Source: an uncultured Spirochaetota bacterium (GTDB lineage: Bacteria; Spirochaetota; Spirochaetia; SZUA-6; Fen-1364). Taken from it: DNA of 64,000 nucleotides. The notes beneath the pieces are model-generated. The model was not told the DNA's origin. It did no database searches and worked only from the letters and a program-made list of their open reading frames with translations. Position 1 is the first letter of the stretch; each line of letters starts with the position of its first letter. Position numbers and translations under genes: made by a program. The DNA is taken from the NCBI GenBank assembly GCA_963745235.1, contig CAVUXE010000035.1, forward strand, positions 64,001-128,000, given 5' to 3'. This document shows positions 10,977-21,411 of this stretch, one piece after another.

Positions 10977-12205
10977 ACGGGGTTTTCGACACGCTCAAGG
11001 AGCGCGGCTTTGTCAGCCAGTGCTCCAACGAGGAAGGGCTGCGCACGCTCCTTGATTCAGAGCGGGTCACGTTCTACATCGGGTTTGATCCCACCGCGGA
11101 GAGCCTCCATATCGGGCACCTGCAGCAGTTGATGTTCATGGCGCACCTGCAGCGGGCCGGTCACCGGCCCATCGCGCTTGTCGGCGGCGGAACCACCCGC
11201 ATCGGGGATCCGACGGGTCGGACGGAAAGCAGAAAGATCATGCCCGTGGAGACCATCGCCGCAAACGCCGAGCTGTTCCGAAAGCAGATCTCGCGCTTCC
11301 TGGATTTCAGCGGGGACAAGGCGCTGATGCTGGACAATGCGGAATGGCTCGCGCCGCTGAACTACATCGAGTTCCTTCGAGACATCGGGGTGCACTTCTC
11401 CGTCAACAGGATGCTTTCCTTCGAAACCTACAAGATGCGGCTGGAGACGGGCCTCTCATTCATCGAGTTCAACTACCAGCTCCTCCAGTCCTATGACTAC
11501 CTGGTGCTTTTCAGAAGGTTCGGCTGCCGCCTGCAGATGGGGGGAGATGACCAGTGGGGCAACATCGTGGCGGGCATGGACCTCATCCGCCGCGCGGAGG
11601 GCGTCGAGGCTTTTGCGCTTACCTCGCCGCTCATAACGCGGTCAGACGGCAAGAAGATGGGGAAGTCTGAGGGCGGCGCCCTGTTTCTCGCTCCCCACCT
11701 GGTGAGCCCGTACGAGTTCTACCAGTTCTGGGTGAACGTGCCCGATGCGGATCTGAACCAGTTCTTCCTGCGGTTCACCTTCCTCCCCGTGGAGGAAGTG
11801 CGGACCCTTTGCTCCGCAAAGGATGCAAAGATCAACGATGCGAAGCGCAGGCTTGCCCTGGAGATAACCTCCCTGGTGCACGGGGAAGCCGCCGCGAAAG
11901 AAGCTGCGGAGGCATCCCGCGCCGCATTCCAGACTGACGACGGGGCGGATCTCTCCGGAGTTCCGTCGCTCTCCCTGCCGCGGGGAGAAATCGAGAAAGG
12001 GATTCCCGTGGTGGACCTTTTCGTTCGCGCCGGACTGTGCATCACCAAGAGCGACGCGCGCCGGCTCGTCTCCCAGGGCGGGGCGTACGTGAGCAGGAAG
12101 AACGTGACCGACATCAACGCCGTGGTGTCCGTTGACTCCGCGGAGGATGGCGTCATTCTCCTTCGAGCGGGCAAGAAGAGGTATTTCCGCGTCATCCTGG
12201 GCTGA
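10973..12205 (+). CDS. tyrS: tyrosine--tRNA ligase
   Basis: GFDPTAESLHIGH, QMGGDDQWGN, KMGKS, C-terminal S4 domain; GGAGGAG RBS before GTG. Confidence 0.95.
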   Translation: MNGVFDTLKERGFVSQCSNEEGLRTLLDSERVTFYIGFDPTAESLHIGHLQQLMFMAHLQRAGHRPIALVGGGTTRIGDPTGRTESRKIMPVETIAANAELFRKQISRFLDFSGDKALMLDNAEWLAPLNYIEFLRDIGVHFSVNRMLSFETYKMRLETGLSFIEFNYQLLQSYDYLVLFRRFGCRLQMGGDDQWGNIVAGMDLIRRAEGVEAFALTSPLITRSDGKKMGKSEGGALFLAPHLVSPYEFYQFWVNVPDADLNQFFLRFTFLPVEEVRTLCSAKDAKINDAKRRLALEITSLVHGEAAAKEAAEASRAAFQTDDGADLSGVPSLSLPRGEIEKGIPVVDLFVRAGLCITKSDARRLVSQGGAYVSRKNVTDINAVVSVDSAEDGVILLRAGKKRYFRVILG

Positions 12206-12217
12206 AGATGGTGCACC

Positions 12218-14149
12218 TTGTCTACGGCTGAATACCTGTACGCGTGCCTGCTCCTCGTTCATGTCCTCACCGCCGCGGCCATCCTGGTCTTCAAGAAACC
12301 TTCCTTCCTTCTCCTGCGCGCGCCGGAGCTGCTTTTTGCCCTGGCGGGCATCCTTTTCCTCTTTTCGTACATCTACGCGACCAACGCGAACATGGACTAC
12401 GTCCAGCGATTCATGGCGACCCATGGCAACCTTCGGCTGGCTCCTGACAGCTCGAAGGAGCGCCTCACCGCGTACCTGCGCTATCTGCCGCTCCTGGTCG
12501 TCGACGCGGCGGCAACCTGGTACTTCCGGTCCCGCGGGAGGCGTGGGGCCTTCACTGCCGCCGGCTCTCTCACTCTCGTGGAAACATGGGCCCTTCCGTG
12601 CTCCATCGCGTCAGGAGTTCTGTACGCGCTCGCGGCGCCATCATTCATCCGCACGGGTGGAATGCCGATCCTTGCGTGGGTGTGCCTGGTCCCTCTCCTG
12701 GTTGTCCTTGAGAACGTGAGCCTGCCCCAGGGCATCTTCTACGGGACACTGGCAGGCGTCATCCAGACCATGATATCCAACTTCTGGCTGGGAACCTTCA
12801 ACCTGCTGACCTTGCAGTTCGTCACGGCGCTTCTCCTGCTCGAATACGTCCCCTTCATGGCAGCGTCACTCGTTGCCTTCCACAAGAGCAGGGGGGCCGG
12901 TTACCTGGTTTTCCCGGCCGCGTGGATTGTCTTCGACTGGCTGAGGTCCCAGGGGTTCCTCGGTTATCCGTGGGGCATGCTCGGCTCCACCCAGTATTCC
13001 GTCATACCGCTGATCCAGATTGCCGCCGTGACCGGCGTCTGGGGAGTCACGTTCGTCGTCACCCTGGCAAACAGCGTGCTGGCGTGGTACATCTCGGGCC
13101 GGGTGAAAGGCGTGAAACGGGGCTGGGCGCCGGCCACAGCGCTTGCGGCGGTCCTGGCCGCCAGCTTCACCTGGGGGGCCGTGCGGATCTGGACGCCCAC
13201 GGGCGCCGGCAGCCGCGGTGGCGCCGCAGCCGGCGCTCCCGGAACCGTCCGCATCGCCCTTGTCCAGCAGGATACCGACCCTCGCAAGGACGACTACCGG
13301 GATGACTTCAAGATTCTTCAACGCCTGACCGGCGAAGCGCTGTCGAGCAACCCCGACCTCGTGGTCTGGTCTGAGACGGCTTTTGTGCCCAACATACGAC
13401 GATGGAGCAAAGAGGACCCCGCGAAGTACGATCTTGCGGCCCTGGTCAGAGACTTCCTCGCCTATCAACGGGGCATCGGTCATTGGCTTCTCACGGGCAA
13501 CGACGACTACGAGTTTGTCCTCCGCGGCGGCGTGCAGGAGCGGCTTGACTACAATGGCGCCGTGCTGTTCTCCCCCGCGGGGGAGCGGGTGGAGACGTAT
13601 CACAAGATGCACCTCGTTCCCTTCACCGAGTACTTTCCCTTCAAGAAGCAGCTTCCCTGGCTGTACAACTTTCTCCTGAGCTTCGATGCGTACCTCTGGG
13701 AGCCGGGGCACCGACGAGTGGTTTTCCATCATCCCCTCTTCACTTTTTCGACTCCGATCTGTTTCGAGGATTCTTTCCCCAACGACGTGCGCCTTTTCGT
13801 CAAAGCGGGAGCCCAGGTCATTCTCAACCTGTCCAACGACTACTGGTCACAGACGGACACGGAAGCCATGCAGCATGCCGCCAACGCCGTCTTTCGCGCG
13901 GTGGAAAACGGCCGGCCCCTCGCGCGCGCCGCGGCTTCCGGTTTGACCTGCGTGGTTGACACCCGGGGCCGCATCACGGCGCGCAGCCCGCTGTACGAGC
14001 AGAGCTTCCTTGTCGCGGACATCCCGCTTCCCGCTCCGGGCTTCACCATCTACACGATGTTCGGGGACTGGTTCCCGCCCGCCATGGGGATCGGTCTGTT
14101 CATTGCAGCGGGGATCAGCGCTCGCAGGCGGTCCCGGTCGAACGGGTGA
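12218..14149 (+). CDS. lnt: apolipoprotein N-acyltransferase (paralog 1, extra N-terminal TMs)
   Basis: GYPWG, WSETAF, YHKMHLVPFTE, TPICFED, RAVENGR; E-K-C triad intact. Confidence 0.9.
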   Translation: MSTAEYLYACLLLVHVLTAAAILVFKKPSFLLLRAPELLFALAGILFLFSYIYATNANMDYVQRFMATHGNLRLAPDSSKERLTAYLRYLPLLVVDAAATWYFRSRGRRGAFTAAGSLTLVETWALPCSIASGVLYALAAPSFIRTGGMPILAWVCLVPLLVVLENVSLPQGIFYGTLAGVIQTMISNFWLGTFNLLTLQFVTALLLLEYVPFMAASLVAFHKSRGAGYLVFPAAWIVFDWLRSQGFLGYPWGMLGSTQYSVIPLIQIAAVTGVWGVTFVVTLANSVLAWYISGRVKGVKRGWAPATALAAVLAASFTWGAVRIWTPTGAGSRGGAAAGAPGTVRIALVQQDTDPRKDDYRDDFKILQRLTGEALSSNPDLVVWSETAFVPNIRRWSKEDPAKYDLAALVRDFLAYQRGIGHWLLTGNDDYEFVLRGGVQERLDYNGAVLFSPAGERVETYHKMHLVPFTEYFPFKKQLPWLYNFLLSFDAYLWEPGHRRVVFHHPLFTFSTPICFEDSFPNDVRLFVKAGAQVILNLSNDYWSQTDTEAMQHAANAVFRAVENGRPLARAAASGLTCVVDTRGRITARSPLYEQSFLVADIPLPAPGFTIYTMFGDWFPPAMGIGLFIAAGISARRRSRSNG

Positions 14150-14874
14150 TGAGATCCACGAGCCGCGCTTTTCTCTCCCTGTATTTGCGCCTCCGGGAGG
14201 CGTACGGCCCGCAGGGCTGGTGGCCGCTGCCCAGCATGGCGGGCGCGCGGGGCTTTGATTCCGGCGGCTACCACCGGGGCAGCTATCGCTGGCCGCGGTC
14301 CCCGGAAGGAAGATTCGAGATCATCCTGGGCGCCATCCTGACCCAGAACACGGCGTGGACGAACGTGGAGAAGGCGCTCGAGCGGCTTCGGCGGGCCGGG
14401 CTGGTCCTTCCCGACCAGTTCCTGCAGGTCCCGGCGCGCAGCCTCGCGCGTTTCATCCGTTCCTCTGGATACTTCAACCAGAAGGCGAAGAAGTTGAAAG
14501 CTGCCGCCCGGGTCTTCTCCCAGCCCGGCTTCCTGGAGCCGCGGTCCGCTCCTTCACGGGAGGATCTTCTTTCCCTGTGGGGAGTCGGGAGGGAGACCGC
14601 GGACTCGATTCTCCTCTACGCGTTCGGCCGACCCGTGTTCGTGGTGGACGCGTACACGCGGAGGATCTTCGGCCGGCTTGGGGTCTTCGATGGGACTGAG
14701 AGCTACGACCAGGTCCAGCAAAAGTTTCACGACCTGCTTCCGGCTCGTCCGCGGATCTACAACGAGATGCACGCGCTTATCGTGGAGCATGCAAAACAGC
14801 ACTGCCGCGCCACGCCGGTGTGCAGCGGCTGTCCGGTCTCCCTGTCCTGCCGCTATTTCAGCGCTTCTTCTTGA
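14146..14874 (+). CDS. endonuclease III-related HhH-GPD protein
   Basis: GAILTQNTAW, LWGVGRETADSI, VVDAYT, C-x6-C-x2-C-x5-C. Confidence 0.88.
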   Translation: MMRSTSRAFLSLYLRLREAYGPQGWWPLPSMAGARGFDSGGYHRGSYRWPRSPEGRFEIILGAILTQNTAWTNVEKALERLRRAGLVLPDQFLQVPARSLARFIRSSGYFNQKAKKLKAAARVFSQPGFLEPRSAPSREDLLSLWGVGRETADSILLYAFGRPVFVVDAYTRRIFGRLGVFDGTESYDQVQQKFHDLLPARPRIYNEMHALIVEHAKQHCRATPVCSGCPVSLSCRYFSASS

Positions 14875-14906
14875 ACCGGCGCGCTTTTTGCGCGACAATT
14901 CCGGCC

Positions 14907-16040
14907 ATGGCTCCCGAGAATCAAAGACGCATCGTGGTATGCGGTCACATCTGCCTTGACATCATTCCTGCGTTCCCTCCCGGCGGAGGGCAGGATTACT
15001 TCCGCCCCGGCAGGCTCTCGGTGGTCGAGGCGGCTGTGACTGCCACGGGAGGCACGGTTTCCAACGTCGGACTGAGCCTCCACAAGCTGGGGCTCCCCGT
15101 GCGCCTGGTGGCAAAGGTCGGCAATGATCCCTTCGGGGACATCGTTGTCCGGAAAATGACCCGAACGGCCGCGGACCTGGCCCGGAATATCACCCCTGTG
15201 GATGGAGAGATCACATCGTATACCGTGGTGCTGAATCCTCCCGGCGTCGACCGGATCCTCTTCCACTGCCCCGGCGCGAATGACACGTTCACCGACGCGG
15301 ACGTCCCTGACTCGGTGCTCACCGACGCGTCGCTCTTTCATTTCGGATATCCGCCGCTCATGAAAGGCATCTGGTCCGACGGAGGAAAGCGCCTGCTTCG
15401 CCTTCTGCTGCGGGCAAGGATGGGCGGAGCAATCACATCCCTGGACATGAGCCTCCCTGACCCGCAGAGCCCGTCCGGCAGGATCGACTGGGAATCATTT
15501 CTTGCCCAGGTGCTTCCGGGAGTCGACCTCTTTGTCCCCAGCATCGAGGAGTTCCTGTACATGGCTGATCGGCCCTCGTTCGACAGGCTTGCCTCCCGCG
15601 GAGGAGGGGAGGCCATTCTCCGGCAGATCAGCCTGCGGGAGACCCGCCTCCTTTCAGAGAAGGCCATTTCGGCCGGGGCATCGGCAATCCTCGTGAAGAT
15701 GGGGGACCGCGGCGCATACCTGAGGACAAGCAGAAAGGGCATCAGAGGCCTGGCGGGATGGTCCGACCGCGAGCTCTCCACGGCGGTTTTCAAAGTGCCG
15801 GAAGTCGGAGGAACGACCGGCTCGGGAGATGCGACAATTGCGGGGTTTCTTGCCTCGGTCTCGAAGGGTCTCGGGCCGGAGGAAGCCCTCACCATGGCTG
15901 TGGCAGTGGGGGCCTGCTGCGTGGAAGCGCCGGACGCCACCTCCGGCATCCGGCCCTGGAGCGAGACGGAGAAGCGGGTGAAGGAGGGTTGGCCACGCAC
16001 TGAAGCCCCGGGCGGCCGAGCCGGGTTGGAAGCTGCTTGA
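14907..16040 (+). CDS. PfkB family carbohydrate kinase
   Basis: TGGTVSNVG, KVGNDPFG, VKMGDRG, TTGSGDA. Confidence 0.9.
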   Translation: MAPENQRRIVVCGHICLDIIPAFPPGGGQDYFRPGRLSVVEAAVTATGGTVSNVGLSLHKLGLPVRLVAKVGNDPFGDIVVRKMTRTAADLARNITPVDGEITSYTVVLNPPGVDRILFHCPGANDTFTDADVPDSVLTDASLFHFGYPPLMKGIWSDGGKRLLRLLLRARMGGAITSLDMSLPDPQSPSGRIDWESFLAQVLPGVDLFVPSIEEFLYMADRPSFDRLASRGGGEAILRQISLRETRLLSEKAISAGASAILVKMGDRGAYLRTSRKGIRGLAGWSDRELSTAVFKVPEVGGTTGSGDATIAGFLASVSKGLGPEEALTMAVAVGACCVEAPDATSGIRPWSETEKRVKEGWPRTEAPGGRAGLEAA

Positions 16041-16088
16041 CTCCGGCATCTGGGCGGGACCAGCGGACAGCGGACGCTGAAGCGGGGC

Positions 16089-17592
16089 TCAGGTTCCGGA
16101 ATCGAACACGGTTTTTCCCACCTCGTATCGGCTGACGTCCACGTTCTTTCGGTAGGTCGCAACATCCGCGAGCTCGCGCTCCAGCTCGGGAAACCTGTAG
16201 GCGAAAGAGCTCGACCCCTCCTGGACAACCGGCTCGGCCTTGAGCTGCGCCGCAAGGCGCTCCAGGATGCGTCGGGCGGTGGCCGCAAAGCTCCTGGGGT
16301 CGAGGTCAGACCCCTGCGGTCGGATGCTGCGGGCGTCCACCAGGGAAGGTGAGGAAAGCACCTGGCCCAGGATCTCCCCACGGAGGGCTTCCCTCCGGAT
16401 GGCCTCATTCTGCCGGGAAAGCCTGATCCTGCGAAAAAGGGGAACAAAGAAGAACACAATGGAAAAGAGCACAGGCACAATGCCGAGGCCAATGGTGAGA
16501 AACCCCATCGGGTCGATGCCGGCGTTCAGCAGCAGGTTCCCGGCGAAGGAATAGAGAAATGGCCCGGTCTTTGCCAGGGCCGCCGTGCCCTGGGTGAGGC
16601 TGATGCCAAGGAAGTATGCGCCGAAGAGCAGGTTGAACGAATTGAAGAAGATGATCCATCCGTTCGTTCTGCTCTTGTTCGCGGAAAACGGCACCGGGCG
16701 CCGCGCAGGCTCCGTCTGAAGCCGGACTGAGCCGCCGGCCTGGGCACTGCGGGACGTTCGCATCAGCTCCGGGAAAGAGTAGATCAACGTGCCATTGTCG
16801 GTGACCCCGGGCTCGCCCTCGAACTCGAGGAGGAGCCTGTTCATCAGCGCGTTGGCATCATCGCTCTCCCTGCCCGTCATCGCCATGAGCTCCTCCAGCG
16901 TAACACGCCCTTGTTGCCCTGGATGTAGGAGATGATGTGTTTCCGCTCCCGTTCCTCCCAGCCCTTGTTGGGATCACCGTCACCGAAGACGAAGCCGAAG
17001 ACCGATTTGTAGAACGCGCGGCCTTCCCGCGGCCTGCGTCTGGCATTGTCGGCGCCAAGGATGGACGACCAGAACCACATGCGCAGGATGAGGTCCAGGA
17101 GCTGCATGGCGAGGTACATGCCGCCGAATCCGCCGCCGCCTCCGCGGGACCGGTCGTCACGCCCGCCCCTGCCCGCCGCGCTTGCGGCCACCGAGGCGAC
17201 GATGGCAAGGACGCCAAGGGCCACGAACGCGACGAAGTAGCCGACGAGCATTGCCACGATCCAGATCTTGAAGAGGAAGGAGAGGACGCGTGGCCGCCCC
17301 GCGGGTGAAGCTTTTCCAGAACCGCCGCAACGGAAGGCCCGAAGCCGCGGACCGTGCTTCGCATCCCCGAGGGAAAGTAGTACAGCAGCTCGCCGGATTC
17401 CGTGACTTTCAATCGTCCCGCGTACTCATCCAGGGCCACCTTTGCGGCCTGCTCGACCTGGTATTTCGGAAGGCCCGTGCCGGAGATCATGTCCGCCACG
17501 GTGGATTCGCCCCGCCGGGTCTTCAGGAAAGAGACAAGCCTGTCCTCCACTTTCGCCATGGGGAAGTCATACACCTTGGGGACCGTCGCCAC
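16089..17592 (-). CDS. hypothetical membrane protein (split by about 2 indels)
   Basis: ORFs 16858-17592, 16877-17257 and 16089-16886 chain into one protein with TM segments and a repeated 'G-x-L-x-Y-x-F-P' motif; AGGAGG RBS. Confidence 0.65.
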
Positions 17593-17631
17593 GTTTCGCC
17601 CTCCTGACTCGAATACTCACTCGTCATATCA

Positions 17632-17660
17632 ACGATATAACAACGGGGCGCAAATGACAA
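17632..17660 (-). promoter_or_regulatory. sigma70-like promoter of the membrane-protein gene
   Basis: Minus strand TTGTCA-17nt-TATCGT. Confidence 0.45.
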
Positions 17661-17697
17661 AGGAGGTCCGCGCGCTGACAGGTCCGCGCGGAGCCAC

Positions 17698-17726
17698 TTG
17701 ACAGATGGCCGCGCTTCCGATAGCTT
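17698..17726 (+). promoter_or_regulatory. sigma70 promoter of rpsT-hbb-lnt operon
   Basis: TTGACA-17nt-TAGCTT. Confidence 0.7.
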
Positions 17727-17776
17727 CACAACTTGTTACGACCCGCAATATTTGCAATCGCGTGGAGGTGCGTTAC

Positions 17777-18043
17777 TTGGCCAGGAATCTCTCGGCAGAA
17801 AAGAACGACAGGCAGGGCGAAAAGCGACGCCTGCGGAACAAGATGATCAAGAGCAGGGCGAAGACCCTCGTGAAGGACTTCGTCGAGCTCGTCGACGAAA
17901 AGAAGAAGGACGAGGCGCAGAAGAAGCTCGACCGAGCTGTCTTCCTTCCTCGACAAGGCGGTCTCGAAGGGGTCTATCATCGCAACACCGCCGCCCGCAA
18001 GAAGTCGCGGATGCATCACCTGCTCGGCGGGCTGAAAGCCTAG
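17777..18043 (+). CDS. rpsT: 30S ribosomal protein S20 (compensating indels at about 17930 and 17970)
   Basis: TTG start after GGAGGT; [20 protein letters not shown]...[12 protein letters not shown]. The alternative frame restores [13 protein letters not shown]. Confidence 0.92.
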   Translation: MARNLSAEKNDRQGEKRRLRNKMIKSRAKTLVKDFVELVDEKKKDEAQKKLDRAVFLPRQGGLEGVYHRNTAARKKSRMHHLLGGLKA

Positions 18044-18056
18044 CGGGCAGCAAGCC

Positions 18057-18358
18057 GTGGCCAGGGAAAAGCTTTCCAAGGCCGAAATCGTCGAGAACAT
18101 CTATCCTCTGGTCAAGGCCAGCAAGAAGAACATCCACAGGATCATCGACCTGTTCTTCGACCAGATCAAAGTCCGGCCTTCTGGCTGACAGGGTCATCGA
18201 GCTGCGGGGGCTGGGGACGTTCGAGATTCGCACCCGCAAGGGACGCAAGGCCAGGAACCCGAAAACGGGAGACTCGGTCGTCATCCGAGACCACGGCGTG
18301 GCGCATTTTCGACCCGGGCAGGGAGCTGAAGCAGAAGGTCTGGGATCTGAGGAGCTGA
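18057..18358 (+). CDS. HU/IHF-family DNA-binding protein, Hbb-like (2 indels)
   Basis: [12 protein letters not shown]...[25 protein letters not shown]...FRPG, directly after rpsT. Confidence 0.88.
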
Positions 18359-18360
18359 GC

Positions 18361-19980
18361 GTGGTCCCAGGCGCCCGGGGAAAAGCCTCTGTCAAGGTCC
18401 TCACGGACCTCGGTCTTCTTGTCCTTTCCTCCCTCCTGTTCGCCCTTTCCTTTCCGAGCTTTCTCTCGAATGCGGGATGGTTCCCCCTGGGTTTCATCTG
18501 CCTCGTCCCTCTGTTCGTCGTGGTCCACCGGTCAGGCTGGGTGGCGGCGCCGCTGTACGGCGTGTTTTTTGGATACGTCTCCTACGTCCTCTTCAACTAC
18601 TGGCTGGGAAGTTTCCACCCCCTGACCCTGGTCGTTGTCCCGCCCATCTACGCGGCGTATTTTCTCGTAGTCCTGCCGGCCCTCAAGCTTGCTGACACCC
18701 TCTTCCCTTCGTACGGTTTTCTCCTCCAGTCGGCTCTCTGGGTCTGCTACGAGTACTTTCTGAAGTCAAACGGCTACCTTGCCTACTCGTACGGGAACAT
18801 CGGCTACACGCAGTATCCCTTCATCCCTTTCATCCAGATTGCCGACGCCGTGGGCGTCTGGGGCGTCTCGTTCATGGTCGTGTATCCCTCCGCCCTGATC
18901 GGCAACGCGCTCTCGCGCGGAGTGCGGTGCTTCAGGGACGGCTGGAAACGATGGATCGGACCAGCGGCAATCTACGCGGTCGTTTTCGCCGCCGTGGTCG
19001 TCTATGGCCTGTTCACGCAGGTGGACGTGTCGAAATCTCGTCCGTGGAAGGTTGCCCTTGTCCAGCAGAACGTGGATCCGTGGAGGGGAGGATACAGCGC
19101 CTACCGCCAGTCCCTGGACGTGCTTCTGAGGCAGAGTCGGAAGGCCATCACGGAGAACCCCGACATCGTGATCTGGTCCGAGACCTCCTTCGTGCCGGCC
19201 ATCGACTGGCATACCCGCTACCGGCCAGACACCCAGACCTATGGGCTTGTCCAGGAGCTGCGGGCATTCCTCGACACGCAGTCAGTACCCTACGTCGTTG
19301 GAAACGACGACGGAGAGCTCAGGCGCGTGGCGGAAAACAAGGAAGACCGCGTGGACTTCAACGCGGCAATCCTCTTCGACAAGGGCCGGATCGTGGACAC
19401 GTATCGCAAGCTTCACCTCGTGCCGTTCACGGAGGCGTTCCCTTTCAAGAATCAGCTCCCCGGGATCTACCAGTGGCTCGTCAACGCGGACACGCATTTC
19501 TGGGAGAAAGGGAGCGTGTACACAGTCTTCGACGCGGCCGGGGTGCGCTTTTCCACCCCGATCTGCTTCGAGGATACCTTCGGGTACCTCTGCCGGGGGT
19601 TCGTCAGGCAGGGTGCCCAGGTGCTCGTCAATATGACCAACGATGCGTGGTCACACTCGGTGCCCTGCGCCATGCAGCACATGACCATGGCCGTGTTTCG
19701 CGCAGTGGAGAACCGACGCTCCGTGGTGAGATCCACCAACGGGGGGATGACGACCATCATCGATCCCAACGGCCGCATCCTGCGCACGCTGGCGCCGTTC
19801 ACGGAGGGATACCTCTCCGGCACCGTGCCCGTCTTTGCGGATGCCACGACTCTCTACACGCGCTGGGGGGACTGGTTTCCCTGGCTCCTGCTTGCCCTGA
19901 GCGTTGCCGGCCTGGCCGTCGGCGGTGTTCGCCGCGTCGCGCGAAGCCCGCGGGGACGCGGTCAGACACCCAACCGTTGA
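18361..19980 (+). CDS. lnt: apolipoprotein N-acyltransferase (paralog 2)
   Basis: [31 protein letters not shown]. Confidence 0.9.
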   Translation: MVPGARGKASVKVLTDLGLLVLSSLLFALSFPSFLSNAGWFPLGFICLVPLFVVVHRSGWVAAPLYGVFFGYVSYVLFNYWLGSFHPLTLVVVPPIYAAYFLVVLPALKLADTLFPSYGFLLQSALWVCYEYFLKSNGYLAYSYGNIGYTQYPFIPFIQIADAVGVWGVSFMVVYPSALIGNALSRGVRCFRDGWKRWIGPAAIYAVVFAAVVVYGLFTQVDVSKSRPWKVALVQQNVDPWRGGYSAYRQSLDVLLRQSRKAITENPDIVIWSETSFVPAIDWHTRYRPDTQTYGLVQELRAFLDTQSVPYVVGNDDGELRRVAENKEDRVDFNAAILFDKGRIVDTYRKLHLVPFTEAFPFKNQLPGIYQWLVNADTHFWEKGSVYTVFDAAGVRFSTPICFEDTFGYLCRGFVRQGAQVLVNMTNDAWSHSVPCAMQHMTMAVFRAVENRRSVVRSTNGGMTTIIDPNGRILRTLAPFTEGYLSGTVPVFADATTLYTRWGDWFPWLLLALSVAGLAVGGVRRVARSPRGRGQTPNR

Positions 19981-20023
19981 CAGCCTCGTTTTTGTAGAGC
20001 ACAATAAGAGGCAAGAGGGACGC

Positions 20024-20773
20024 ATGAAGCTGAGGGGCAGGATCCTCATCGTTGATGACGAACCGATCAACCTCGAGTTTTTCGACGTCATGCTGAGCAA
20101 GCTCGGGTTCCAGATCGAGAAGGCCGTTGACGGGGAGGAGGCGCTGGAGAAAGTCCAGGCCTGCAATCCGGATCTCATCATCCTGGACAACGTCATGCCA
20201 AAGCTCTCCGGGTGGGAAGTGACGCGGATGCTCAAGCACGACCAGGAGTATCGCCGTTACCGGAACACCCCTATCATCATGTTCTCCGCCATGAACGAGG
20301 TCAAGGACCGGATCGAAGGCTTCGAGCAGGGCGTGGATGACTACATCACGAAACCGTTCAATTTCTCCGAGGTCCTCGCTCGGATCCGTGCCGTGCTCAG
20401 AAGCCGTGAGCTCTCCCGGCAGCTGCTTCGCAGGGAGAAGCGGATTGCGGTGGTCGAATCCCTGAACAACTCCCTCATGTTTTTCACGCAGCACATCAAG
20501 AAGCCCATTGCAGAGCTCCTTGCGCTGGCGGAAAAACTGGATGGAGGAGACGCGGCGGAGGTCCAGAAGCTCCTGGGGATGCTGCGCAAGGAAGGCCGGG
20601 AGATCCTGGCAAGCCTGAGCGGACTGGAAGAGGAAGTGGCGGACCTCCAGGGCAAGGGTGAAAAGCTCAAGCAGGGAGACCTTTCCCTGGACGACCTGGA
20701 GAGGAAGCTTCGCAAGAACCTGCGCGTGCGGTCCCAGGAACGCGCGAAATCAGGGGATGGGAACGAGCAGTGA
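20024..20773 (+). CDS. response regulator (REC plus helical, HisKA-like C-terminus)
   Basis: ILIVDDE, IILDNVMP, DDYITKPF; no DNA-binding domain. Confidence 0.85.
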   Translation: MKLRGRILIVDDEPINLEFFDVMLSKLGFQIEKAVDGEEALEKVQACNPDLIILDNVMPKLSGWEVTRMLKHDQEYRRYRNTPIIMFSAMNEVKDRIEGFEQGVDDYITKPFNFSEVLARIRAVLRSRELSRQLLRREKRIAVVESLNNSLMFFTQHIKKPIAELLALAEKLDGGDAAEVQKLLGMLRKEGREILASLSGLEEEVADLQGKGEKLKQGDLSLDDLERKLRKNLRVRSQERAKSGDGNEQ

Positions 20774-20991
20774 TCACGGAAGAGAAGAAGCAGGCCGTCG
20801 CAATATTCGCTGAAGGCAGGAAGCTGTACAAGCTCATGAAGTTTGGCGAAGCGCGTGACGCGTTTGCGCGTGCCTTGCAGGCTTGCCCGGACGACGGGCC
20901 GTCCAAGGTGTATTTCGACCGCTGCAAATATTACATCGACAATCCACCGCCTGAGGAGTGGGACGGCGTGTGGGTCATGAAGACGAAGTGA
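20770..20991 (+). CDS. small TPR-like protein resembling a class III cyclase C-terminal tail
   Basis: Y..MKFGEARDAFARAL...PDDGPSKVYFDRC...PPPEEWDGVWVMKTK; overlaps the upstream stop. Confidence 0.75.
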   Translation: MITEEKKQAVAIFAEGRKLYKLMKFGEARDAFARALQACPDDGPSKVYFDRCKYYIDNPPPEEWDGVWVMKTK

Positions 20992-20997
20992 CGAGCC

Positions 20998-21411
20998 ATG
21001 GCGAAGAATGAGGATCATAAGGGGCCGGAGCGCATCAGTACCACGCTCGGGCGTGAAACAGAGTTCAACGGCGTCATGCGCTTCCACGACTCCCTGAAGA
21101 TCGACGGCACGTTCTCGGGAGAGATCGTTTCATCCGGGTTCCTGTACATCGAGCAGGGGGCCTCCGTGACCGCGAACATCCGCGTCGGCTCGGTGGTCGT
21201 GGGTGGAACTGTCCACGGCAACATCGAGGCCACGGAAAAGCTGGAAATGCTTTCCAGCGGCAAGGTGTACGGCAATATCCGCACAGCCAAGCTGAAGATA
21301 GCGGACGGGGTCGTGTTCGAAGGCAAGTGCGAAATGATCAAGAACCCGCAAGCCATCAACATCTTCTCCGGCCCGGTCGAGCAGCTGAAAAAATCCGCCC
21401 AGAGTGTGTGA
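20998..21411 (+). CDS. bactofilin (polymer-forming cytoskeletal protein)
   Basis: TTLGRETEFNG, LKIDGTFSGEI, VVVGGTVHGNIEA, GVVFEGKCEM. Confidence 0.92.
   Translation: MAKNEDHKGPERISTTLGRETEFNGVMRFHDSLKIDGTFSGEIVSSGFLYIEQGASVTANIRVGSVVVGGTVHGNIEATEKLEMLSSGKVYGNIRTAKLKIADGVVFEGKCEMIKNPQAINIFSGPVEQLKKSAQSV

Noticed and set aside
8110-11055. 981-aa GluRS-GlyRS fusion
   Set aside because: Two compensating indels (about 9505 and 9637) bypass a normal gltX stop (9584-9586) and glyS start (9591); an assembly artefact.
17698-19980. 760-aa HU-Lnt fusion ORF
   Set aside because: Produced by indels in rpsT and hbb; the separate genes are reconstructable.
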